Positions 40,071-48,907 of a stretch of 64,000 bases of DNA are shown in pieces. A program made the position numbers and the translations under genes. Numbering within the stretch: position 1 is the stretch's first letter; each line of letters begins with the position of its first letter. Under the pieces are notes generated by a model, which worked only from the letters and a program-made list of their open reading frames with translations, did not search any database and was not told the DNA's origin. Source of the stretch: an uncultured Nitrospirota bacterium (lineage in GTDB: Bacteria > CG2-30-53-67); NCBI GenBank assembly GCA_947259355.1, contig CAMYMF010000013.1, positions 874 through 64,873 on the forward strand, given 5' to 3'.

Positions 40071-40334
40071 ATGTTTGTCCGGCGCTATCACGGAGAGATC
40101 ATCTTCCATCTCTTCAGTCTCATCTTTTTCGATCTGATCTACTTCATTTTGCTCATCATGCTCCTCATCCGGGAGAATGTCTGGTTCTGTCTGGCCGCCT
40201 TCGCTGTCTTCGGCTATCTCCATCTGCGCTACTTTCGGGGCTTCTGCCGTAGTGTGCGCTGGGCCTATGTTACACCCCATCTCGTTTTTCCTGTGCTGCT
40301 CAGTCTCGTGGCTTTCCTGACGTACTTTCCGTAA
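40071..40334 (+). CDS. Small hydrophobic protein (2-3 TM), unknown function
   Basis: ORF only. Hydrophobic segments are present but no recognisable family. Confidence 0.35.
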   Translation: MFVRRYHGEIIFHLFSLIFFDLIYFILLIMLLIRENVWFCLAAFAVFGYLHLRYFRGFCRSVRWAYVTPHLVFPVLLSLVAFLTYFP

Positions 40335-40443
40335 GCCGCCGATCATCCGGTCTCAGCTGCGGAACCGGGCTCTTTTCGTTGACACCCCGTTGCGGAAAAT
40401 GGTAGCTTTTTCACACTTTGCCATCGAACTGTGGAGACGTTCA

Positions 40444-41724
40444 ATGACACGACGTTCAGAGAAATACTTCGAGGAGGCACAGCGGCTGATACCCGGCGGC
40501 GTGAACAGCCCCGTGCGGGCTTTCAAATCGGTGGGCGGCGTGCCGATTTTTATTGAGCGGGCGGAGGGAAGCCGAATTTATGACGTGGATGGACGCAGCT
40601 ATATCGACTACGTCGGCTCCTGGGGACCGATGATCGTGGGCCATGCCCACCCCCGCGTCTTGGAGGCCTTGCGGGAAGCGCTCGCCCGTGGAACCAGTTT
40701 CGGAGCGCCCACACCGCTGGAGACCGAACTGGCCCGGATGGTAATCGATGCGGTCCCCTCCATCGAGATGGTTCGCATGGTCAACTCCGGCACCGAGGCC
40801 ACCATGAGCGCGATCCGGGTGGCCCGGGGCTTCACCGGCCGGGACAAGATCATCAAATTCGAGGGGTGCTATCACGGGCATGCCGACGGGCTGTTGGTCA
40901 AGGCCGGCTCCGGTGCAACCACCCTGGGCGTTCCCACGAGCCCCGGCGTGCCGGCCGACTACGCCCGCAACACGATCACGGCGCCCTTCAACGACCTGGA
41001 CGCCGTCCGTCGTATCGTCGAACAGGAGGGGGCGCAGATCGCGGGCATCATCGTGGAGCCCCTGCCCGGCAATATGGGAGTCATTCCCCCCAAGCCCGGA
41101 TTCCTGGAGGGGCTCCGGGAACTCTGCACCCAGCAGGGGATGGTGCTGATTTTCGATGAGGTGATGAGCGGTTTTCGGGTGGCCTACGGCGGCGCCCAGG
41201 AGCGCTTCGGAGTGACCCCGGATCTGACCACCCTCGGGAAGGTGATTGGCGGAGGCCTTCCCGTCGGGGCCTACGGCGGCAGGCGGGAGATCATGGAGCG
41301 GGTGGCGCCTTGTGGGCCCATCTATCAGGCTGGGACCCTTTCGGGCAATCCCCTCGCCATGACGGCCGGGTTGGAGACCTTGAAAATTCTCTGCGAACCG
41401 GGAACCTACGAAGCGCTGGAAAGAAAGTCAGAGGCCCTTTGCTCGGGCATGGAGAAAGCCTTTGACGAGGCGGGCATCTCCGCGTGCCATACCCGGGTGG
41501 GCGCCATGTTCTGCACCTTCTTCAGCGAGGAGGCGGTCACTGATTACGCGGCCGCCGCCCGCTGCGACACGGCGCGCTTCGGCCGCTACTTCCACCAAAT
41601 GCTCAACCACGGCATCAATCTGGCCCCGTCACAGTTCGAGGCGGCCTTCATGTCTCTGGCCCACTCGACGGAAGACATCGATGCCACCATCGATGCGTGC
41701 CGCAAGAGCCTGAAAGCCCTTTAA
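40444..41724 (+). CDS. hemL: Glutamate-1-semialdehyde 2,1-aminomutase
   Basis: Start at [40 protein letters not shown] lysine region is present. Confidence 0.95.
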   Translation: MTRRSEKYFEEAQRLIPGGVNSPVRAFKSVGGVPIFIERAEGSRIYDVDGRSYIDYVGSWGPMIVGHAHPRVLEALREALARGTSFGAPTPLETELARMVIDAVPSIEMVRMVNSGTEATMSAIRVARGFTGRDKIIKFEGCYHGHADGLLVKAGSGATTLGVPTSPGVPADYARNTITAPFNDLDAVRRIVEQEGAQIAGIIVEPLPGNMGVIPPKPGFLEGLRELCTQQGMVLIFDEVMSGFRVAYGGAQERFGVTPDLTTLGKVIGGGLPVGAYGGRREIMERVAPCGPIYQAGTLSGNPLAMTAGLETLKILCEPGTYEALERKSEALCSGMEKAFDEAGISACHTRVGAMFCTFFSEEAVTDYAAAARCDTARFGRYFHQMLNHGINLAPSQFEAAFMSLAHSTEDIDATIDACRKSLKAL

Positions 41725-41897
41725 GCCGGATAGTGCATGAAGGCTAGCGTGGGATCTCGCACTGGGAAGCACCGTCCCTGAAGCGCCATCTCTTCACGCT
41801 CCTGAGCGGATTACCATGCGGCAACGGCGTTGGCTGACAATTTCTAGGACCTGCGCTATCATGGAGGTTTGTGTGGCCCAACCCCGGAAGAAATGGC

Positions 41898-42428
41898 ATG
41901 GCTGACCGGTTGATATATTTCGCCTACGGGTCCAATATGCACCCGCTGCGCCTGTGGGGGCGGGTGCCTTCGGGTCGCGCCATTGGCACTGGTTCCCTCA
42001 CGGGCCACGCCCTCCGCTTTCACAAACGGGGTGTGGACGGCTCAGGCAAGTGCAACGCGCTCCGTACCGGGCGTGCCTGGGATGCCGTGGAGGGGGTTCT
42101 TTACGAAATCACCCGCCAGGAGCGCCGGCAGCTCGATTTGGCCGAATCGCTCGGATCGGGCTATGCACGAGAAACAGTGCGGATCGTCTCTAATGATGAG
42201 GGGCGGCGGGCCTTTACTTACTTCGCCCAATCCGGCTATATTGACTCGGATTTACACCCCTTTACCTGGTACAAGGCCTTTGTCGTAGCGGGCGCTCGCT
42301 TTCACCGGCTGCCACTTCGTTATGTCGAAGCTCTCGAGTGCGCGCACGCCGTGGAAGACCCTGACGTGACCCGGGCGGAAGCGAATTTTCGAATCTTGCG
42401 CAAAGTGCTGGGCCGTCGGGCGCCGTGA
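41898..42428 (+). CDS. Gamma-glutamylcyclotransferase (AIG2/GGCT-like) family protein
   Basis: IYFAYGSNMHPLRL N-terminal motif. Confidence 0.65.
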   Translation: MADRLIYFAYGSNMHPLRLWGRVPSGRAIGTGSLTGHALRFHKRGVDGSGKCNALRTGRAWDAVEGVLYEITRQERRQLDLAESLGSGYARETVRIVSNDEGRRAFTYFAQSGYIDSDLHPFTWYKAFVVAGARFHRLPLRYVEALECAHAVEDPDVTRAEANFRILRKVLGRRAP

Positions 42429-42437
42429 GCACCGGAT

Positions 42438-42881
42438 TTGCCGGTGGTCGGGAACGGAGAGGCCGCAAGGCACGTTTCAACGGCTGTCATGCTGTATCGG
42501 TTACTCGCCGACATGGTGGTGCTCTGCCATCTGGGCTTCGTGCTCTTCGCCACCCTCGGGGCCCTGCTGCTTTTTCGATGGCCGCGGCTTGTCTGGGTGC
42601 ACCTGCCGGCGGCGGCGTGGGCGGCGGCGATTGAATTCTTCGGATGGATCTGTCCGCTGACACCGCTGGAGATTCGATTGCGCAGCCTCGGCGGTGAGGC
42701 AGGCTACACCGGCGGATTCGTGGAGCACTACCTGTGGCCCCTCCTTTATCCAGCCCCCCTGACACGGGGGATGCAGATGGGACTGGGTGCCTTGGTGGTT
42801 GCCCTCAACCTTTTGATTTACTGGCGCTTCTTTGCGGCGCAGCGTGTCCGGAAAAAACCTGTGGAGAGGTCGAACGAGTGA
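42438..42881 (+). CDS. DUF2784-like membrane protein
   Basis: LADMVVLCHLGFVLF...GWICPLTPLE pattern as I recall it for DUF2784. Confidence 0.55.
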   Translation: MPVVGNGEAARHVSTAVMLYRLLADMVVLCHLGFVLFATLGALLLFRWPRLVWVHLPAAAWAAAIEFFGWICPLTPLEIRLRSLGGEAGYTGGFVEHYLWPLLYPAPLTRGMQMGLGALVVALNLLIYWRFFAAQRVRKKPVERSNE

Positions 42882-43369
42882 CAGCCCCGGTAGATGACGA
42901 CGAAAGGGGGCCGACCGGTGACGTCGCGAACGCATGGGAGGAGTCCGGGACGGTCTTCCGGGTCGGCGTGTTCCTGGCGGTCGGATTCTGGATACTGGAG
43001 GCCGGCATCCATGCGTTTTTCTTCTACGAAGGAAGCTTCTGGGAAGAACTGGTCCCTCGCGACACGCACGAATTTTGGATGCGTCTGCTCGTCTGTGCAC
43101 TGTTGGCCGCCCTCGGCATGTACGCCCAGTCCGCCGTCAACCGTATCCGAAAAACCGATCGGGAGCGCCTGGCCCTTCAGAAAAAGCTGGAGGGGAAACT
43201 GACCCATTTACTCAGCGACTACGTGCACATCTGTCCCAGCTGCAAGAATATCCGGGCGGAAGACGGCACTTGGGAGCCCATAGAAACATACATCCACGAA
43301 GAGCCGGGCATTGATCTGACCCACGGCATCTGCCCCGAGTGCATGGCACGGCTGTATCCCAGGGAGTAG
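42878..43369 (+). CDS. Two-TM protein with coiled coil and C-terminal CxxC...CxxC module
   Basis: GTG 42878 overlaps the previous stop. The C-terminus reads HICPSCKNIRAEDGTWEPIETYIHEEPGIDLTHGICPECMARLYP. Confidence 0.5.
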   Translation: MTAPVDDDERGPTGDVANAWEESGTVFRVGVFLAVGFWILEAGIHAFFFYEGSFWEELVPRDTHEFWMRLLVCALLAALGMYAQSAVNRIRKTDRERLALQKKLEGKLTHLLSDYVHICPSCKNIRAEDGTWEPIETYIHEEPGIDLTHGICPECMARLYPRE

Positions 43370-43385
43370 CACGGAGGCAAACATC

Positions 43386-43661
43386 ATGGCAGAAATAAAA
43401 ATCGAACACGAACCGAAGGAGTCTCATCTGAAATCGATGGGGGTTCAAAACTGGCCCATCTGGACGAAAGAGGCCTCCGAGTTTCCCTGGACATACGAGG
43501 AGACGGAAACCTGTTATTTCCTCGAGGGGGAGGTGGAGGTCACACCGCAGGGCGGCACACCGGTGCGCATGGGCAAGGGGGACCTGGTGACCTTTCCAGC
43601 CGGCATGTCGTGCACGTGGAAGGTCCGGAAGGATGTACGCAAACACTACCGCTTCGGATGA
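43386..43661 (+). CDS. Small cupin (cupin_3/DUF861-like) protein
   Basis: WPIW...E.CYFLEG.V.V....G......GDLV.FP.G..C.W.V pattern. Confidence 0.7.
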   Translation: MAEIKIEHEPKESHLKSMGVQNWPIWTKEASEFPWTYEETETCYFLEGEVEVTPQGGTPVRMGKGDLVTFPAGMSCTWKVRKDVRKHYRFG

Positions 43662-44302
43662 GGGGATTGACGGAAGTAGTCACAGACATCCGTGAGAGGA
43701 CACCGATCGCAGAGGGGCTTTCGGGCCTTGCAGATGTATCGGCCATGGAAGATCAGCAGATGGCTCAGGTGGGTCCACGATTTTCGGGGGAATAGCCCAC
43801 CCAGCGCGGTCTCGATCTTCTCCGGATTTTTCTGGTCGGTCAATCCGATCCGCTGGCTGACCCGGGCCACATGGGTGTCGACCACGATGCCCGGAACCCC
43901 GAAGGCATTGCCCAGAATGACGTTGGCCGTCTTCCGCCCGATGCCCGGAAGACGGGTCAGCCCTTCCATGTCGCCCGGCACCTCACCGCCGAAGGTGTCC
44001 ACCATCCGCTCCATGGCCCCGCGCAGACTCTTGGCTTTCTGACGAAAGAACCCTGTGGGACGGATGTCTGCCTCCAGCTCGGAGAGCGCGCGCCGCAGAT
44101 AGTCCTCGGGCTTTCGGTACTTCTTGAACAGAGAGGCGGTGACTTCGTTGACTCTGACGTCGGTGCACTGCGCGGAGAGAACCGTCGCCACCAGAAGCTC
44201 CAGGGGGGTTTTGAACTTGAGCTCGATGCGGGCGTCGGGATGGGCCTTTTGCAGGCGCCGGTAAACGACGGCGGCCTTCTTCTTCAGGTCCGCGGCGGCC
44301 AT
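43646..44302 (-). CDS. nth: Endonuclease III
   Basis: HhH-GPD (LPGIGRKTANVIL) and the C-terminal 4Fe-4S cluster motif CKARKPLCDRCPLTDVC. Confidence 0.9.
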   Translation of the reverse strand: MAAADLKKKAAVVYRRLQKAHPDARIELKFKTPLELLVATVLSAQCTDVRVNEVTASLFKKYRKPEDYLRRALSELEADIRPTGFFRQKAKSLRGAMERMVDTFGGEVPGDMEGLTRLPGIGRKTANVILGNAFGVPGIVVDTHVARVSQRIGLTDQKNPEKIETALGGLFPRKSWTHLSHLLIFHGRYICKARKPLCDRCPLTDVCDYFRQSPHPKR

Positions 44303-45066
44303 TAGTCTGCCGTCACGAAGGTGGAGAGGTTTTCAGCCTCCAGCCGTCGGGCCATATCATGGGCGGCATCTTCCGAGGAGAACCGACCCACCCGTACCCG
44401 ATAGTAGACCCGATAGCTGTCTTCCCACTCGCGGATGTAGACCGTATCGTAGCGGGCACTGAGTCTTTGCTTTAGCCGCAGTGCATTCTCCCGCTGGAGA
44501 TAGGATCCAACCTGCACCGTATAGGTCGCCCCACGGACCAGTGGCGTCACGATGGAAGAAGAGGAGGTGGAGGTGGTGGAGGAGGAGGAAGAAGAAGACG
44601 CGGCAAGCTCCGGGCGGCCGTTCTTGTAATAACGGTTGTCCCCCACGGAGATGAGCTCCACCCGCACGGGAGCCACACCGTCCACCACCATATCAACTTT
44701 GCGCGCAGCGCCGTAGGAAAGATCAATGATGCGTCCCCGGATGAAGGGCCCGCGATCGTTGATGCGAACTGTCACAGACTTGCCGTTGTCTCGGCGGGTC
44801 ACCCGGACCACGCTGCCCAGCGGCAGTGTCCGGTGGGCAGCTGAAATTTTGTACATGTCATAGAATTCGCCGTTGGCGGTCCGACGACCGTGGAACTTCT
44901 TTCCATACCACGAGGCGAGCCCGTATTGCACGGTCTTCCCGCTTTCCGTCCGATAGACGGGGCGGGAGACGGAACAGGCGGTGCCCAGCAGAAGCAGAGC
45001 TCCCGCGACAAGGAGCGCCGCCGGCCAGCGACCCTGCGACCGTCGCCTCTCAGAGAGCCAATACAT
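44302..45066 (-). CDS. rlpA: Septal ring lytic transglycosylase RlpA family lipoprotein with SPOR domain
   Basis: Lipobox LLGTAC, DPBB domain (GLASWYG..FHGRRTANGE..., VRINDRGPF), Ser-rich linker and C-terminal SPOR (YTVQVGSY...VRVGRF). Start is uncertain. Confidence 0.8.
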   Translation of the reverse strand: MYWLSERRRSQGRWPAALLVAGALLLLGTACSVSRPVYRTESGKTVQYGLASWYGKKFHGRRTANGEFYDMYKISAAHRTLPLGSVVRVTRRDNGKSVTVRINDRGPFIRGRIIDLSYGAARKVDMVVDGVAPVRVELISVGDNRYYKNGRPELAASSSSSSSTTSTSSSSIVTPLVRGATYTVQVGSYLQRENALRLKQRLSARYDTVYIREWEDSYRVYYRVRVGRFSSEDAAHDMARRLEAENLSTFVTAD

Positions 45067-46489
45067 ATTTGTCGTCCTTCGGCTTGGCGGCGCCCAGCGC
45101 TTCTTTCTGTGACTCATAGCCGTTACGCCCCATGAGTGCATAAGTGGCCACTTTGCCGTCTTCCACGCCGGGCTGGTCCAGGGGGTTGATCCGGTAGAGA
45201 CCTCCGGAGAAGACCGTCTGGATCTCGTAGAGCATGAACAGCTGACCGAGGCTGAAGGGGTTGATTGCTTTGAGGGTGAGCGTCAGGTTGGGACGCCGAT
45301 GATGTGTGAGGGCATACTCGGTGGCCCTCTGTTCGGCCTGGATCAGCCCTTCCAGTGTGTGCCCGCCGAGATAAGCGATCCCCTCCATCTCCTCGTAGCT
45401 CTTGGGGATCTCCATTTTCCGTCCGTACCCCTCCACGGCCAGAAATGTCACCACCTTGTCGTTGGGCCCTTCCACGTAGAGCTGGATCTGGGAGTGCTGA
45501 TCGGTGGTGCCCAGGGCTTTCACCGGCGTCTGGCCGGCAAAGATCTCCCGACCGTCCAGGGATCGGCGCTTACCGAGGCTCTCGGCCCAGAGCTGCCGAT
45601 ACCAATCTGCGACGCCGTAAAGCGCGTTGGAATAGGGCATCATGACCGAGATGTGTTTGCCCCGCTTGGTGTTGAGAATATGATGCACCGCTGCGTTGAA
45701 GTAGGCCGGATTCTCCCAGACTTTCATCTTGCGGCATCGGCGCTCCATGAAAGAGGCGCCCGCCAGCAGCTCCCGGATGTTCACACCAGCCAGGGCCGCC
45801 GAGAGAAGGCCCACCGGGGTGAGGACCGAAAAACGCCCGCCCACGCCGTCGGGGATGACGAGACAGGGATAGCCTTCCCGATCGGCCACCCGTTTGAGGT
45901 TGCCCTTGGTGGCATCGGTGGTCACCACGATCCGATCGCCGTGGGCCTCGCGCCCCAGGGCATCGATGAGCGCTTTCTGGCAAACGAGAAAGTTCGCCAT
46001 GGTCTCCGCCGTTCCGCCGGATTTGGTGATCACGTTGAAGCAGGTCTTCTTCAGATCCAGAATGTCCAGCAGCCCCGCCAGGTGGTCGGGATCCACATTG
46101 TCCAAGACGTAGATCCGGGGCGCGCGTTTGCGTCCGGTTTTTGAGAGCTCATTGTAGAAGGGATGATTCAGGGCCCCGTGGATGGCAATGTTGCCGAGTG
46201 CGGAGCCGCCGATGCCGAGCACCACAAAACTCTCGCACCGTTTCTTGAGCTGCTTGGCCAGCTCCAGCACCGGCTTCACGTCCTGGTCCGGAAGATCCAT
46301 GAAAGGAAGGTCGCCTCGGGCCCGTTTCTCTTTAATATCGTTGTGAATCTCCTTGGCCTCGGGCAAGAGCGATTCGATCTCGCCGTCGAACACGCCGTGG
46401 TGCTCGCCCATAAACCGGGCCATGACGTGGTTGAAGTCTAGGCGAACGGCCATCTCTTCTTTCCAGGCCTTGTTCTTATACGGCACCAT
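45050..46489 (-). CDS. pgi: Glucose-6-phosphate isomerase
   Basis: VLGIGGSALGN, TKSGGTAET and GGRFSVLTPVG motifs. Confidence 0.85.
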   Translation of the reverse strand: MVPYKNKAWKEEMAVRLDFNHVMARFMGEHHGVFDGEIESLLPEAKEIHNDIKEKRARGDLPFMDLPDQDVKPVLELAKQLKKRCESFVVLGIGGSALGNIAIHGALNHPFYNELSKTGRKRAPRIYVLDNVDPDHLAGLLDILDLKKTCFNVITKSGGTAETMANFLVCQKALIDALGREAHGDRIVVTTDATKGNLKRVADREGYPCLVIPDGVGGRFSVLTPVGLLSAALAGVNIRELLAGASFMERRCRKMKVWENPAYFNAAVHHILNTKRGKHISVMMPYSNALYGVADWYRQLWAESLGKRRSLDGREIFAGQTPVKALGTTDQHSQIQLYVEGPNDKVVTFLAVEGYGRKMEIPKSYEEMEGIAYLGGHTLEGLIQAEQRATEYALTHHRRPNLTLTLKAINPFSLGQLFMLYEIQTVFSGGLYRINPLDQPGVEDGKVATYALMGRNGYESQKEALGAAKPKDDKYVLAL

Positions 46490-46659
46490 CTACGCCCCCT
46501 CCCGGATGCTCTCTTCCCGGTATCCGGCCCCGCGGACCGGACGGACCCATTTCCAACGAAAAAACAGGGGTGGGAATCGATACGCTGTAGAGAATTCTCT
46601 TCGAAATGCTCGGCTGCGAGGATCCTACCACAGGCGGCCCCTTCAAGCAAGCCCCAGGC

Positions 46660-47526
46660 TCAAAAGGTCAGGATGTGGGATCCGACGGAAACCCCCAGGC
46701 TCTCCGCCACCGGAGTACACTTTGCCTTGAGGAGAAAGGCGATTTTCTTGTCGGTGCCGTACAGGGTTTCAAAATGCCCCATCCCCTTGGCAATGACCAG
46801 ATCCGCGCGGTGCCACTCGTCCAGGAAGGGCTGCGGTGCCTCCGACAAAGAGAGACCGATGGACGCGCGGGTGTGCGGCACAATCGGCGCCAGGCGGTCA
46901 AATCCCAGAGCACGAAGATCGTGGACCGTCGCATCGTTCAGAATGGGCTCCTCCTTGGGTGAGACAACCACCGTCTTACCCCATCGCACGAGCTCTTCCA
47001 CCAGGAGGTAATCAAAGGCGATTTCACCGCAGTTGTCGGTGAGGTAGAGGATACGCGTTGCGTCCCGGACCGCTTGCTGGAACCGGTCAAACTGGTCCGT
47101 GGTGAGATCCTTCTCCAGCTCTTCCCGAAGAGAGGCCAGCGCCTCGCGGGAGCCGTCCACACCGAAATCGATGGCATTGCCGGCCACCGCAGCCCGCACC
47201 GCCGTGCGCAGGGAGAGCCCGTTTTGTCGGAGGGTGCGCGCCGCGTCCGCTGCGACGCGGTTGCTTTTCTCCTTCAGGGCAACATAGGGGTCCCGGCCCG
47301 AGCGTTCTCGAATGTGCTGATGAATCAAGGTTCCCAGCGCCGCAGGGATTTTTTCCGGATACGCCTCCTGAAGCAGACGCATAATCTCTGCCATGATCGC
47401 CAGCCGTTCCCCGGGATCGTCCACGACCAATTCCACGGCATGGGTTGCTTGATCGACCAGGCAGCGGGCACATAAATGGGTGGCTTTCAGCATGTGATGA
47501 CCAGATCCTCTCTTTTCGCGTCTCAA
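46660..47526 (-). CDS. DUF89 (ARMT1-like damage-control phosphatase) family protein
   Basis: C.RCL..Q, DNCGEIAFD and AKGMGHFETL motifs. Start could be M12 (47493). Confidence 0.7.
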   Translation of the reverse strand: MRREKRGSGHHMLKATHLCARCLVDQATHAVELVVDDPGERLAIMAEIMRLLQEAYPEKIPAALGTLIHQHIRERSGRDPYVALKEKSNRVAADAARTLRQNGLSLRTAVRAAVAGNAIDFGVDGSREALASLREELEKDLTTDQFDRFQQAVRDATRILYLTDNCGEIAFDYLLVEELVRWGKTVVVSPKEEPILNDATVHDLRALGFDRLAPIVPHTRASIGLSLSEAPQPFLDEWHRADLVIAKGMGHFETLYGTDKKIAFLLKAKCTPVAESLGVSVGSHILTF

Positions 47527-47842
47527 GGGTTCAAATAGCTTCGGTTACCTTTCAGCCGTACCCTTTTGGTCCGGCAGTATAATCATAACTGGGGCATAAA
47601 AGCAATGCCAAGCGCCTCTGGGCGGTGTTCGGCCAGTTTGCTGTCTCTTTGCACTCCCATGCGCCTTCCCCCCATAAGGCCCGCCGGCTGCCGACATCGC
47701 CCTTGGCCGAGGCTGCATACGTGGGGAACACCCGGGCGCTCGTGTTTGGTACTTTCGAAATCGATGAATTTCGACTATAGTTAGGACGTCTAAGAAGCGG
47801 AGAAAAAGCCTATAACTGCCGAAGTTGTATAGAGAGTCTTGG

Positions 47843-48907
47843 ATGAAACACAAACGAATCCTAACGGTCATTCTGGCGCTTTCCGTCGCACTCATCAGCT
47901 GTGTCGCTCCCCAGACCAAGCGGGTGGAGCTGAGCGACGAAATGGTGCTGGAAGAGACGAAAAAGCAGAGTGTCATCGCGCTGCAGAGTCTGATGGACGA
48001 CTGGACGCTTGTCCGGCGGGTCTCTTATCCGATTCTGTCTACTGCAACATCGTACTGCGGGGAGAAGGTCCGCGCGTCTTTCGGCATCTATTTTGCCAAC
48101 CAACGCGCCTTCCCCAAGGTTTTTCGGGAGACGGCGGCCGAGCTTTACGGAATGGATGACGCACTGCGCATCACGCAGGTCGTCCCCGGCACATCGGCGG
48201 AGCGGGCGGGGCTGCGCCAGGGAGACGTGCTGGTGTCCGTCGACGGCCAAGAGTTCCCCACCGGTGACCAGGCCATGAAGGAGGCCGACGAGCTTCTAAG
48301 AAACCGATTGAAGGCGGGAGAGTCTGTAAGCCTCACGATTTCGCGCGCCGGGGCGGAGCGCACAGTCTCCGTCATTCCCGAGACGATCTGCGACTATCCT
48401 GTCATTCCGACCCCCGGCGATCGGGTCAACGCCTTTGCCGACGGCAGACGGATTGGTGTGGAACGGGGCATGCTGCGCTTCGTCGACAATGAGCAAGAGC
48501 TGGCCATGGTCATCAGCCATGAATTGTCGCACAACGCCATGGGACATCTGAACGCCAAGAAAACAAACTACATGCTCGGCACCATCTTCGACATTGTGGG
48601 CGCCGTCTACGGGGTCAATACGCAGGGGCTCTTCGGCAAACTGGCGGCCCAGCGCTTTTCCAAGGAGTTCGAAGCCGAGGCGGACTATGTGAGTCTCTAC
48701 ATCATGGCCCAAGCGGGCCTCCACATCGAGGACGCCCCCAAGTTCTGGCGCCGCATGGCGGTCGCCCATCCAGGTAACATCAAGGCCAGTCACGCGTCCT
48801 CTCACCCCAGCACCCCGGAGCGCTTTCTGGCTCTGGAAAAAACCGTCGAGGAGATTAAGAAGAAGCAGGCTGCGAACTTGCCGCTGGAGCCGGAGTACAA
48901 GAAGTAG
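47843..48907 (+). CDS. M48 family metalloprotease lipoprotein with PDZ domain
   Basis: Start at MKHKRILTVILALSVALISC (lipobox). PDZ segment VVPGTSAERAGLRQGDVLVSVDG. HELSHNAMGH zinc motif. Confidence 0.8.
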   Translation: MKHKRILTVILALSVALISCVAPQTKRVELSDEMVLEETKKQSVIALQSLMDDWTLVRRVSYPILSTATSYCGEKVRASFGIYFANQRAFPKVFRETAAELYGMDDALRITQVVPGTSAERAGLRQGDVLVSVDGQEFPTGDQAMKEADELLRNRLKAGESVSLTISRAGAERTVSVIPETICDYPVIPTPGDRVNAFADGRRIGVERGMLRFVDNEQELAMVISHELSHNAMGHLNAKKTNYMLGTIFDIVGAVYGVNTQGLFGKLAAQRFSKEFEAEADYVSLYIMAQAGLHIEDAPKFWRRMAVAHPGNIKASHASSHPSTPERFLALEKTVEEIKKKQAANLPLEPEYKK

